Below, piece by piece: positions 14,281 through 25,975 of a stretch of 64,000 bases of DNA. The position numbers were made by a program, and so were the translations under genes. Each line of letters opens with the position of its first letter. The first letter of the stretch is position 1. This stretch comes from Podarcis melisellensis (lineage: Eukaryota), in assembly GCA_964234715.1 (NCBI GenBank), contig OZ174281.1; one strand, 5' to 3'. Below the pieces are notes generated by a model. It did no database searches and was not told where the DNA came from. It was given only the letters and a program-made list of their open reading frames with translations.

Positions 14281-17200
14281 AGTTTCTGCTTGGCTATCCA
14301 AATAACCAAATTCTGTAATTCAAAAAGCATGTGAGCTGCATGACTTTTTTATTATTATGCTCCTAGGTACAATGAAGTATCTATTTAGTTGCAAACAGAT
14401 ATACTTTGCTAATGCAGCCAGTTAGTGTGCACCTTTTTTCAGGAATTATGTGAATTAAACGACGGGATATTAATTAGACAATTGGAAACATTATCTATCT
14501 TGATTTAAATAACTGGCCTTCAGCTACATAATAAAGATTTAGATTTAAATAACTGGCTTTTTTCAGGAGGAAGCCTTGCTTGAACCATCTTTAGTTATGT
14601 CTTGTTTTCACCAGCTTAATCTGTTGTATCTGAGAGTCTTCATCACTGAACACAGTGGAATTCATTTCTATGTAGGCATGCACAGGGTCTCATTGAAAAT
14701 ATAAGCAAGACTTGCATCATAGTTGCACAGTTTTCCTTCTGGAAGTCAGTACAGAAGGAATAATACAGTATAATGCTAGTTGGCATCCTGCTGCATCACA
14801 AATTGCTGCTATATTTGTTCACTTTCATATAAAGGCTCCCATCTCAAGTTGATCTTGGCATACTTCAGAGAACCAGACCAACTGAGGTAATGACAATTTC
14901 ATGGTGGCTGCTAAGAATGCACCCTGTTGAAATTCGAACTGCCTGATCTACCACTTTCAGAACCCAGTCTTCAGATTATTCATGGATTTGGGTTTTGAGA
15001 GTTTTTATTTTGTTCAGTTTTGTCTTAAATATATATATATAGAGAGAAATACAAGCGCTATGAGTTGCACAACAGAGTCATACAGTTAGTAGGTGTCAGA
15101 GTCAAGAACACAGAGTCCATCGTCCAGTTCCAATTAGTGTACTGGAGGCAACGCTCAGCATTAAATCAGCTCCAAAATCCCTTACACAAATATCCAGGAA
15201 AGAGGAGGGAAAAGAACAAGCCAAAAGCTTTATAAACTGAGTAATGCTGTGATAAAGTAATCCCACACTAGCAAAGGATAGAAGGTCAGGGCATGTATTA
15301 TCAGACTCCTAAAAGACTATCTGCAGTTATCCCCAAAGTCATATGCTACATTCCATCCCACATCGATCATCAAGCCAATTCCACACAATGTAGTTTTCGG
15401 AACATCTTGGATTAGGCTTTTATGAACGAAACCCCTATTTTTATCCTGATGAAAAATTCCCATTGTAACTGGCTGAAGCATTCTTTTTTAAAAGAATCTG
15501 CATGTATTATTAAGCAATAATTTAAGCAGTCCTATGGGACATGGTATTCTTTTCGCTTAGCAGTTTATAAACATACACAAAGCACTCTTTTCATTCAAGA
15601 CATACTGATGTAATTAAAATGAAGCAGTTACCAGTTTTCACATTTTTGTGGGGTGGGGGGGAAATAGGCCAAATTATGTCCATTTCTCTTAACAGGAAGC
15701 TGTTCAGAAGAATTAAGAAATGTGAACAGAGGAAATGAGGGTTTCAGTTTATTATCAGTTAAGGCTTTTTAAAGCTAATTTTTTTTAAATTGACAGAACA
15801 GTTGGCACCAAATCCCCATTCTATATTTCAATTTTCAAATGGCTCAGCACCTTTTTATTCTCTTACTGAATATACTTAAAAGTATCTGCACAGTCTTAAG
15901 AAGTCACTGTGTTTTTGAAGAAGTGCTGGCTAAATGTATGTGTTAAAGGGGGGCAGAGGGGGTGGAGAAGCACTTGGATTCCAAAAATAATTCAGCACCT
16001 TAAGTCTTAAAAACATTGTTGTGACCTTACCTACTAAAGTAGGAAAGGAAGGGTCTTTAGTTTTCACTGAGCTGGTGGCAAACAGAGCAAAGCCATTTCT
16101 ACACAATATTCACAGGCTATCCAATACTCAGCTGAGCAAACACACACACTTTTTGTTCCAATTCTACATTTCACTACGCACTGTAGCTTAGCCAAATATT
16201 TTTATAACGGTTTCAGGGACAGTTTCATTTCCTGTAGCTTGCTCAATGGCATGAACTCTTTTTTTTTTTAAGCAAACAAGCAAGCAAGCAAACAACAACA
16301 ACACATCACAACACAACCCCAAGCATGATTCTGGGTTGGGGGGAGGGGAAAGAGCAGGAAGGAAATTCACTTAGATATGCCTGGCTGTATCTCTTCTACT
16401 ATTCTAACCTTTCAGAGTGCACACGCTGATAAAAGCCCCTCAAAACTAGTTGCATTATTTGCTATAGTGTTATACTTGCTGAAGCAATCTTAATGAGCTT
16501 ATCTAGAGGAACATATTGTCAGATATGTTAATGCAAAAAAGAAAAAAAAACCCACCCTGCTGCCAAAAGGTGCAACATGCCAAGCCATTAATCAAAAATG
16601 CTGAGGACTGTGACAAAGAAAATAGGCACCATCCTCCTTTTCAAGCAAGGAACACAATGAAAATGTATCACACACACATACAAATAACACTAAGCAGGAA
16701 GGTCAGTGTCCCCATAAGAAAGCATGATGATACGGCACATAGGCGAGGTGCCACTTGCTTTTAGAAGCCTCTGCACAACCCACCTCATTTCAAAACCCAA
16801 TATTTGCAGGAGGAATTTTTTTAGTGTATTCCTGACACCCTGACCTCTGCTGTCAAGCTTTCCACCAATCAGGATGTGCAATTCTTACAAAGCTCCATCA
16901 ATCTGGTGGTTTAACATCACAGACTGCAGTTTAATCTAGAGGATTCCATTTTCCCTTCCACACAACCAAGGCAGTGCACCACCACCATCACAAGACCCTG
17001 TGTTCTTTCTTCTCTCCCTCAGCCTTCCCTTTCTCTGTCCCCGAAATGTCTCCTCTGACAGAGACACAGACCAAGAGGACATTGGTATTACAGCTATTAT
17101 TTATTTATTTGCGCGCACCTCCCTCCCACGCCAGGCGGCTTGTAAACGTTATCAATACGCACAGCAGAAAGCAAAAAAGCGCGGGGGGGAGGGGATCAAG

Positions 17201-17400
17201 ACAGGCGGAGTATTCGCAAGATGTTTTCCATTTGGACAATGCAAAGCGCCCGTTCAAACAGAGCTAGACCACGCTGCACGCTTAGGAGAGAAGACACGCC
17301 AGATTAGGTTTAAAGCGCCGCTGTTTTTGTTATGCAATACGCTGCAACCCCCGCTCCTCCTCCTCCCCCCCTCCACCCGGCTCTGCTGCAGCAGTTCCCC

Positions 17401-17443
17401 GTGTGTGTGTGTGTGTGTGTGTGTGTCCGTCCGTCCGTCCGTC
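17401..17443. repeat. (GT)n-(CCGT)n compound microsatellite
   Basis: About 13 GT units followed by about 4 CCGT units, 55-95 nt into intron 1. Confidence 0.9.
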
Positions 17444-17497
17444 CACGCACACGTACGCGCACGCCCAACACACAGAGAGAGAAAGAGAGCGGCTTAC

Positions 17498-17619
17498 CTG
17501 TAGGAACGCTCCCCTCGCACTGTGTGCTTCCTGAAAGGGATGATGGTGGTGCCGTTATCTTGGATGATGTCGTTGTTGTTCTCTCCATTTGGGGACAGCG
17601 CTTGGGTAGGTCCAGGCAT
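17498..17619 (-). CDS. MAPRE2: MAPRE2/EB2 coding exon 1 (EB2-specific N-terminal extension)
   Basis: ATG at 17619 gives MPGPTQALSPNGENNNDIIQDNGTTIIPFRKHTVRGERSY + AG|gtaagc. The 122 nt end in phase 2, join exon 2 in frame (SWGMAVNV...) and match the vertebrate EB2 N-terminus. Confidence 0.97.
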
Positions 17620-20600
17620 TGGAGCGCTCCCAAAGGCAAGCAGCCCTCAGCCGGGTGCCTGTGTGCGGAGAAGCTGGGGCGGGCGGGCTCGCCGTGCGCG
17701 CGTCGACTCCTTCGCTACTGACTCGCTCCGTCTCTCTCTGCGCCGCCGGCCCCCTCCCCTTTCCTCCCTGGCCGGTGACGTCAAACCGCCGGGAGCAGCG
17801 CCCGGGCCACGTGACACGGCTCCTCGCCATAGCAACCAGCTAACTCATCAGATCTCCCCAATTCACACAGGGCTCGAGCATGACCACAGCCAGGCAGCCA
17901 AACAGGCGCACGGGGCAGGCCTAACATCTGGCACGTAAAAACACCAAGCCAGCCGCCCTCCCTCTCTTCCTCCTCGGCTTCCCCTTCAGTCTCACCCTCG
18001 GTAAATGCAGCTGTATATACAAAGAGCTAGCCTCTCTTTCCTTTTTAAAGAAGGGATCGGGGGCTTAAAAAGGCCAACACTATCCACCCACCCACCCCTT
18101 TAAAAATAAAAAATAAAAAATAGGCATGCAACAATGCGATGCGGAAACCTTCTTGAACGTATCAGAAAATAAGGTCCAGTTGCAACCACACTAGTCCTAA
18201 TGTTAGCGGGGGCTGATGGGCGTAGGCAAAACATGCGACAAAACGCGTGGAAAGCCTCGGGTTTAAAATTATGGGGGTTTCTCAAAATGAGCATTTTGTA
18301 ATCATCACCCTCGGAAGCTTGGATGAAGCACAACGCGAGTTCTCAATGGCTAAAGCAAGGGGGCGGGATGGCAGCTTTCCACGAGTATATTTACAAGGCT
18401 ATTAACCTCTTCTTATTTTAAGGAGCATTGAAGAGAATTTCAGGGGAAGGGCTGCATAGCAAAATGCACGTTCTTCCGCCAAGATAAGCACAGAGACAGA
18501 AAAGACACAGCATCCCTCCTCCCCCAACAATCCCTTGCTCTTAAGCACTCAAGTCGTTTATTTTTTGTCCTACATTTAAGAGACACAAACAAAACAAAAT
18601 AAAAACCCAAGCTTTCCCCTCTCAAAGCCTCATAATCCATCATCATCTATTCCCCGGATAATACCAGGTTATTTTTGGTCTCAAGCTACTGGAATTAGTA
18701 TCAAAACCAGTCTCTCATGTACTAAACCCAGATGGCAGCAATAATCCAAACATCAGCAACAGGGCACACAGTCTCTAGTTTTCCTTACGGATTAAAAGAG
18801 CGTGTAGTATATTCTGATCCTTGCTATTTCAAAAATTGCTTCTTCCTTCGAATGCATAATTATTCTTCCCCCACCCCTTATTTATTGGTAATAAAAAACC
18901 TGAATGAGAAACAGCGGCTGGATTTTTACAATGTTTTTTAATAACAAAGTATTTTGATAACTGCTCATATTCCTAATAAAATGTTTTTCAACATTCTGTT
19001 ACAAACCACTGGCAGGAAAGGGTGTCTAAGAACTCTTTTCTTAGACAAAGACTTCTGAAATCACCTTGAAAAGTTCAAATGCATTTAACAGCCTCAGGCC
19101 ATATACTGAAGCCATTGATGGCTTTCTTCCTTTTGAATATGCTTGCATGAAGAGGGGGTGGGATAGAGGTACATTTGCAAGAATCTACTTGCATTAACAC
19201 TTTGTTAAGGGATCTTTAAAATAGACATGTTAAGTATCTTCCTTTTGTTTCGCTGCTCCTGATAGCATCATAGTATCAGACAGCCGCCTTGGTCTCCAGT
19301 GTCTCTGCATGGCAACAGTTCTCGCTGGATTAGCATATGGCGGTAAACAAACCTTTGATCTTGAAAACTATTCTAAATATCAGGAAACTATATTCACCAG
19401 AGTCAAAGGCTATGGGGTAACAAAAACTATACTACTGTATTGCCATTCTTTCTGTCAGACAATGGGATATTCAGTACAACTTCTGCTATGTCAGTTCAGA
19501 TGAGAAAGCAAAAGTCTTCAATATCTTAAGATATATCTAGAGATGATAGTTGTGTTTGTTGCCACAAAAAAGCACATTCTTGAGGCATTTCAAAAGCTAA
19601 CGTGCCCCCCCCAAATTAAGACGCTACAAGACTCTCATTTTCTTTTTCTGTGTTTAATCATCATTCTACTAAATATGTATGTCATCTTTCCTCCAAAGTA
19701 GCACTGGATAGCTAGTGTACATGGTTCTTTCTGCATGTTATACTTACATGATATGAGGTGTAGGTGAGAGACTGCGACTGGTCCTAGGTAACACAATGAG
19801 ATTCACAGGCTGAGTGGAGATCTGAACATAAACCCTCCTGGTCCTTAGCAAACACTCCAAAATCACAACACCACACTTAACTCAGCTTTTAATATGGCCA
19901 ATCCATGTTTCCAAATGAATTGTGACGGGGTTGAAAGATGCCTGCCCACCTGCCTCCAGAGGGATTTCTGGGGGATGAAGAGTGTGGTAAGAGAGATGTA
20001 TAGCACAGAAGCAGAGGCAGAAATCAGCTGCAGTAAGAGATGGAACTTGTGGAGAGAGAACTTTAACAGGGAAGCATTGTGCATATCTAACAAAATTAAC
20101 GAATCTCAGAGAAACTAAGGAATCTCAGAGGAAGGGACCTCATAACCTGCCATAATTATCCAGATGAGTTAGTTGCCCAGGTAAGGACTTTACCAACCAA
20201 AATTCACACCTCCAGCCTGTGTTGCAGCTAGGCCTTGCACCTTTACCATTCAACAGAAAGGGTATCAAACTAACTCCTTGACTAGAAAGGAAAGCCTTTA
20301 GGAAGCCATCCCAACTCCTTCCGCCAACCTAGGATAGCCCCTCTCTCTGACACAGCCCACCCACCTATTCAGTAGCTAAGGAAATCGCCACCCACCTCAC
20401 AAACACAGTATGCTTTGCCTGTTCTGTTGTACTGTATCTTTGTATTAAGGCAACAAACTATATTGCTTAAGCAAAGCATGCTTCCTGAGCTTTATTTCAG
20501 CTTTACCACATTGTGGCATTCTTTCAGGGCATAATCTGAGCCAGAGTCCACCAAAACCTATATATAAACTCATGCAGACTCCAAAAGTGCTTTAAGGGCT

Positions 20601-22154
20601 GAGCTCTAAAACATGTAAAACAACATAAAGAGACTGAAGGGTACACATTTCCCTCACATTTTGCCCTCACTTAGCATGGATTAGAGAAGGTCCAGTCACA
20701 GTCTCAACAATTCTCATTTTCGAATAATAGGCACTCCAAATATGTGTTGGCACCTTATACTGCAAAATGATGCCAAGAGGATGACAAATATCAAACCAGC
20801 AAAAATAAAAAAATATTTCCGTTCACAAACATCTACTTTGATCCTTTTTTCACAAGCCTCCACCACACACAATGGAACTATCATGAAAGCATTGAAAAAC
20901 ATCACTTCCTTCCAGCCAACAGAAGTGCAGTGACAAAATTTGCTGCCTTCCACAGGCAGCCAGGTTAGTAAAGATGAAAAAACAAATTCAGCTCTCTGTT
21001 CAACACTAATTGGAAGGCTTTGGGCAAGTCTCTCAGCCTGACCTTCCTACCTTAGAGGCAATCAAGAGGCAAAATGCTCTGACCTCTTCTGAGAAGGGGC
21101 AAGAGACCAAAAACAAAAACAAAACCCCACACCTATTGCAACCTTGAAATAGGTAGTCTGCAAACTCTTACTGTCAAATCAACTAGAGGGCAGTAGTTCT
21201 TGCTCAGCATAACAGCTTTTACAATTTTGCATACAGAAGCCAGCACACCCTACAATTTTCATTAAAAGATACAATATCATAGAGGTTCATAAAAGCTCAA
21301 AGTCCAAATCTTGGGAGCTTCAGGGGTATAAATGTAGGCATCACATCTAAAAGTTGGGCAACAGATGGAAGTCCCAGATTCCCTTTACTTGGGTAGATCC
21401 TGTCAGCTGATTCAGAATATGCTTCATTGGGTGCCAAGTGCTATCTCCAAGTCAGTAGTCAGAGTGCTGAAATTCAGTGTCTGTCCTGCAGCAATGCTCT
21501 AATTCTAAACCTAACCTACTTTTTACTGTGTTATTAAAAGAATTAAAAAAAAATTAGAAGGGTTAATGCAGATTTTTTGCATTTATTTCCCCCCTCACCC
21601 AATATATAGTACACCTCAAATATGTAACAGGACAGAGGTACAGAAGCAATGTGGGAAGGCAATTATAGGCTCTTAATTTATGGTGTAAAAAAAAAGGACG
21701 TTCGAAAGAAAAGCAAATTTCAACTTGTAATCTAGCAACTTTCTTTTTAAGCATACAGAGTGTGCACATCTTCCAATTGCCCTCCACAGATCTGCAGGCA
21801 GAGAATTGATGTACCATCTCTTATAAGAAATTTGTCCTGTGTAAATATCTTTGTAGCATCAGATGTTGGATTCAGTCAGCCTGCTCATTGAGAGGGTGTG
21901 GCATCAGGCATTGCTTTCCGTACAGTTTCTTCCTAAGAATTGAGCATGCTGTCAGTGATGCCACAGATATAGCAATCCTGTGTCCATCTAGAACACAGCA
22001 AGGAAAGCATGCGTCCTCATTTACTAATGGTAGACTTGTGAATAATGACACCAAGAATACTGATGGCATAACAGGTTTGGGGTCCCCCCCCCGTTTCATT
22101 ATGTTGTTTAATAAGTTGCTGTATATTAATTATGTTAAGAGTTTTGCAAGCTGC

Positions 22155-22974
22155 TACCTCCCTGCTTATTTAACCTATATGCAGAATTCATCATGCGAAA
22201 GGCTGGGCTGGATGAATCCCAAGCCGGAATTAAGATTGCCAGAAGAAATACCAACAACCTCAGATATGCAGATGACACAACCTTGATGGCAGAAAGTGAG
22301 GAGGAATTAAAGGTACCCCTGCTCGTACGGGCCAGTCTTGCCAGACTCTGGGGTTGTGCGCCCATCTCACTCAAGAGGCCAGGGGCCAGCGCTGTCCGAA
22401 GACACTTCCGGGTCACGTGGCCAGTGTGACATTGCTGCTCTGGCGAGCCAGAGCTGCACACGGAAATGCCGTTTACCTTCCCGCTAGAAAGCGGTCCCTA
22501 TTTATCTACTTGCACCCGGAAGTGCTTTCAAACTGCCAGGTTGGCAGGCGCTGGGACCAAGCAATGGGAGCGCACCCCGCCACGGGGATTCGAACCGCCG
22601 ACCTTTCGATCGGCAAGCCCTAGGCACTGAGGCTTTTACCCACAGCGCCACCCGCGCCCCTTGAGGAATTAAAGAACCTTTTAATGAGGGTGAAAGAGGA
22701 GAGTGCAAAATATGGTCTGAAGCTCAACATCAAAAAAACTAAGATCATGGCCACTGGGCCCATCACCTCCTGGCAAATAGAAGGGGAAGAAATGGAGGCA
22801 GTGAGAGATTTTACTTTCTTGGGCTCCATGATTACTGCAGATGGTGACAGCAGTCACGAAATTAAAAGACACCTGCTTCTTGGGAGAAGAGCAATGACAA
22901 ACCTAGACAGCATCTTAAAAAGCATCTTACCTTTACATCTATCACCTTGCCGACAAAGGTCTGTATGGTTAAAG
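22155..22974 (+). mobile_element. Bov-B (RTE clade) LINE reverse-transcriptase fragment, interrupted by a Sauria SINE
   Basis: Translation LFNLYAEFIMRKAGLDESQAGIKIARRNTNNLRYADDTTLMAESEEELK / NLLMRVKEESAKYGLKLNIKKTKIMATGPITSWQIEGEEMEAVRDFTFLGSMITADGDSSHEIKRHLLLGRRAMTNLDSILKS contains the YADD motif and Bov-B-typical sequence. Truncated at both ends. Confidence 0.92.
22313..22662 (-). mobile_element. Sauria SINE, full length
   Basis: tRNA-like head GGGGCGCGGGTGGCGCTGTGGG...GGTTCGAATCCC on the minus strand and a GGGGTACCTTT end. The 12-bp TSD GAGGAATTAAAG is at 22301-22312 and 22663-22674. Confidence 0.92.
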
Positions 22975-23439
22975 GGGAGGTGCTTTAATCTTCCATTTCC
23001 TATGCTTTCTGCCTGCTTTGGTGACAAACTCACTGAACAATTGTCAACATAACGGGACATAGCCTGTTGAACAGGCACATAGACTTAACTCAATTACTTT
23101 TTTATCTTCACCCCCCATATTTAGTCCATTGGGTTCTCCAAATTACCTATTTGTTTTGCTTGCACAAAGCTTACATGTAGGTTAGACTATGTCTGGTCTT
23201 TATTGAGAATCCATTCTGATTTATTTATGGAGGAATTACATGAAAATGAACATTCATCCCAATTTGTTTGCAGGGTGTCTACACATATTTCCATTAGTCA
23301 TTCATTTACCTCATGCTTTCCAATGCATTTGTCTATGACTTTCCAAACCACAAAATATCCATTTGTTTATAAGTGAGTTTGTTGTGCCAGAACAACAGAG
23401 CACTTTAACAGCACAAACCTAAAGTTCTGATATGTGCTT

Positions 23440-24700
23440 GGCTCTCTCCTGCAAGATATGGACAGTTTGAAGGCACCCCATGGTCAGGTCAGGTCACTTC
23501 TCCCTGCCCCCATCAACAGAAATTCTGGTCATGTTTGGCCATGTCTCAGCTATACCCTACTGTCTTCTCCTCTGGTCTCCCCTTGTCTCACCAGAGTTCC
23601 CTTACATCTATCCATGACTGTGCTGTCAAATATTTTATCTCTATAAGAGATCTGACCACATGGCACCCTACATTTAATCCTTCCTATATACTCCCTAATC
23701 CTACAGAAGGTCCTTGTCCTTACCTTTACATCTATCCATGTTCTTGCTCCCTTATTCTCGCTACTGTTATATCTCAATACTTTCCTGTGATCTTCACTCC
23801 TCCAGTTACATTACCCTCAACCACCCAAAGGTGTCCTGCTCCCTCAAAAGACTTTGGCCTTTCTCCCCCATATGCTTGGAACTGCCTTCTAGAACACCTG
23901 CATGATGTCAACCTGTCCCCAGTTGTTCCTTTGCAGATGTGATTTGCATTTAGCACTGTTTAAATCTGGCACCAAATGGAAGTCATGGCTGCAAAGGAAC
24001 AATCAGGAGCACACTCTAAGCTGTGCATGCCTGATAGGTCCCCCTCCCCCTTGCCTGACATCATATGCCAGTTGATGGGTGTGGCCATTTGCCTGTCAAT
24101 CCACCTGTGGGTTAAAGCCTCAGCGCCTAGGACTTGCCGATCGAAAGGTCGGCGGTTTGAATCCCTGCGGCGGGGTGCGCTCCCGCTGCTCGGTCCCAGC
24201 GCCTGCCAACCTAGCAGTTCGAAAGCACCTCCGGGTGCAAGTAGATAAATAGGGACCGCTTACCAGCGGGAAGGTAAACGGCGTTTCCGTGTGTGGCTCT
24301 GGCTTGCCAGAGCAGCGATGTCACACTGGCCACGTGACCCGGAAGTGTCTCCGGACAGCGCTGGCCCCTGGCCTCTTAAGTGAGATGGGCGCACAACCCC
24401 AGAGTCTGTCAAGACTGGCCTGTACGGGCAGGGGTACCTTTACCTTTACCACCTAATCTGGCTTACAGAAGGTTGGCCACTTCTGGTTCCCACCCTCTGG
24501 TCAAAAGGGTGCTTTCCTGTAACTAAGCTTAAGCACACGTAACCAACATAATATTTCTTCCCTGTTAGCCTTTCCTTACTTCTGTCCCCTTCCATTTACT
24601 CTTTGTTCAATTCCAATTGTAAGCTCCTCAGGAAAGGGATCTCTGTTCTTCTAAAAGCATCATTGAGGATGATGACAGTATATAAATGATAACGATAAAA
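23440..24700 (+). mobile_element. Old L2-like remnant with nested insertions
   Basis: PYAWNCL-like segment near 23870 and an L2-type 3' end (ATTGTAAGCTCCTCAGGAAAGGGATC...TATATAAATGATAA) near 24615-24700. Boundaries are approximate. Confidence 0.45.
24105..24450 (+). mobile_element. Sauria SINE, slightly 5'-truncated
   Basis: Closely similar to the reverse complement of 22313-22662, with an (ACCTTT)2 tail. CCACCT is repeated at 24101-24106 and 24449-24454. Confidence 0.92.
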
Positions 24701-25127
24701 TGGCAGATAAGGTTTCCTATGGCTTGCCAGAAGTGAGAAATGAAGGATGAGCTTTGACACATGTTTGTGCATTTAAAAGACCAATTACAACAACCACAAA
24801 AAGTAATTGACAGGTAGGCAAATGGATACTGGTTGGATGAGAACTCATTTCAGTGTAGAGATGAGAACTGGATAGCCCCCAAATGTCCTAGAACATGAAG
24901 ATTTGCCGTTCTCTGATGAAAATAGGGATGTCCCATAACATAATGATAATTTTACTATTTATACCCCACACATCTTACTGGGTTGCCCCAGCACTCTGGG
25001 AAGCTTCCAACATATATAAAAACATAATAAAACATTTTTAAAAAACCCCTTCCCCATACAGAATTGCCTTCAGATGGCTCTGGGGTCGGAAAACTCCATT
25101 TCCTCCCACATATCTCCAATGAAAATA

Positions 25128-25369
25128 CAGTGGTACCTCAGGTTAAGTACTTAATTTGTTTCGGAGGTCTGTTCTTAACCTGAAACGGTTCTTAACCTGA
25201 AGCACCACTTTACCTAATGGGGCCTGCTGCTGCTGCTGTGCCGCCGGAGCACAATTTTTGTTCTCATTCTGAAGCAAAGTTCTTAACCCGAGGTATTATT
25301 TGTGGGTTAGCGGAGTCGGTAACCTGAAGCGTATGTAACCTGAAGTGTATGTAACACGAGGTCCCACTG
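25128..25369. mobile_element. Tc1/mariner-type MITE, family A, copy 1
   Basis: TA|CAGTGGTACCTC...GAGGTCCCACTG|TA: terminal inverted repeats with TA duplication. Confidence 0.9.
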
Positions 25370-25428
25370 TAGGGACATCCTAGGAAAAGCGGGACATTCT
25401 GGGATCAAGCCAGAAACTGGGATGTCTC

Positions 25429-25975
25429 TGAGGAGATTTCACCCCTCTCATACCCAAGAATCTCCTGATAATCTCCTGAGGTCTCTGCTGACTCTACAGA
25501 GAGGAGGAGCAATGTACTGCTCTCTACTTAATTAGTCAAGTGAGTGAGTCTCTGTGTGTGTGAGAGAGAGTCAGCCAGTGTGTCGGAGAGTGAGTGCAAG
25601 AGATAGTATTTAGAGATAAGATTGCTGCTAAGAGCAGCTGCAGGCACTCAGAGTAGCATTGATGTATGCTCAGAATATTTAGCTCTGTATATAGTTTGTA
25701 TTATAGCTGTAGTTATAGAATAAAAGAAGATACTTTACAGAGCTGCTCTCCGAGTGGTTTATACTCTGCAAGACTCTGCAAAACGCTGCTGCGCAACGAC
25801 TGCATTATTGAGACAGTGAATCCGGTGCTCTCAGCTCCAAGCTGTGAGTCCACAGCACTGTGACCAGTTCCTGTGAGAAAGGAGGTCTCCGGCAGTGCTA
25901 CCCAGCTCGCCTAGCCCAGTCGGGGCTGTAGTGCATGAGTCCAGTTGGTACACTGGCTCAAGGGCGATGCTGACA
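25429..25975 (+). mobile_element. Solo LTR (547 bp)
   Basis: TG...CA termini, perfect 5-bp TSD GTCTC (25424-25428 and 25976-25980) and AATAAA at 25719-25724. It splits the host element cleanly. Confidence 0.8.

Larger units (their letters stand above)
17100..18350 (-). promoter_or_regulatory. MAPRE2: Proximal CpG island / MAPRE2 promoter
   Basis: High GC and CpG density around exon 1. Palindromic CRE TGACGTCA at 17776-17783, E-box GCCACGTGAC at 17806-17815, RFX-like CCATAGCAAC at 17827-17836. Confidence 0.85.

Noticed and set aside
14502-14557. Short local duplications (also near 37729-37770 and 51886-51917)
   Set aside because: Two-copy slippage-type duplications; not arrays, not CRISPR-like, no sign of function.
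16974-17938. Long overlapping ORFs around the proximal CpG island
   Set aside because: Stop-poor GC-rich and microsatellite sequence; only the minus-strand exon 1 frames are supported.
19921-20660. LTR-like segment starting TGTGACGGGG
   Set aside because: I could not find a CA end with a matching TSD, so boundaries are unsupported.
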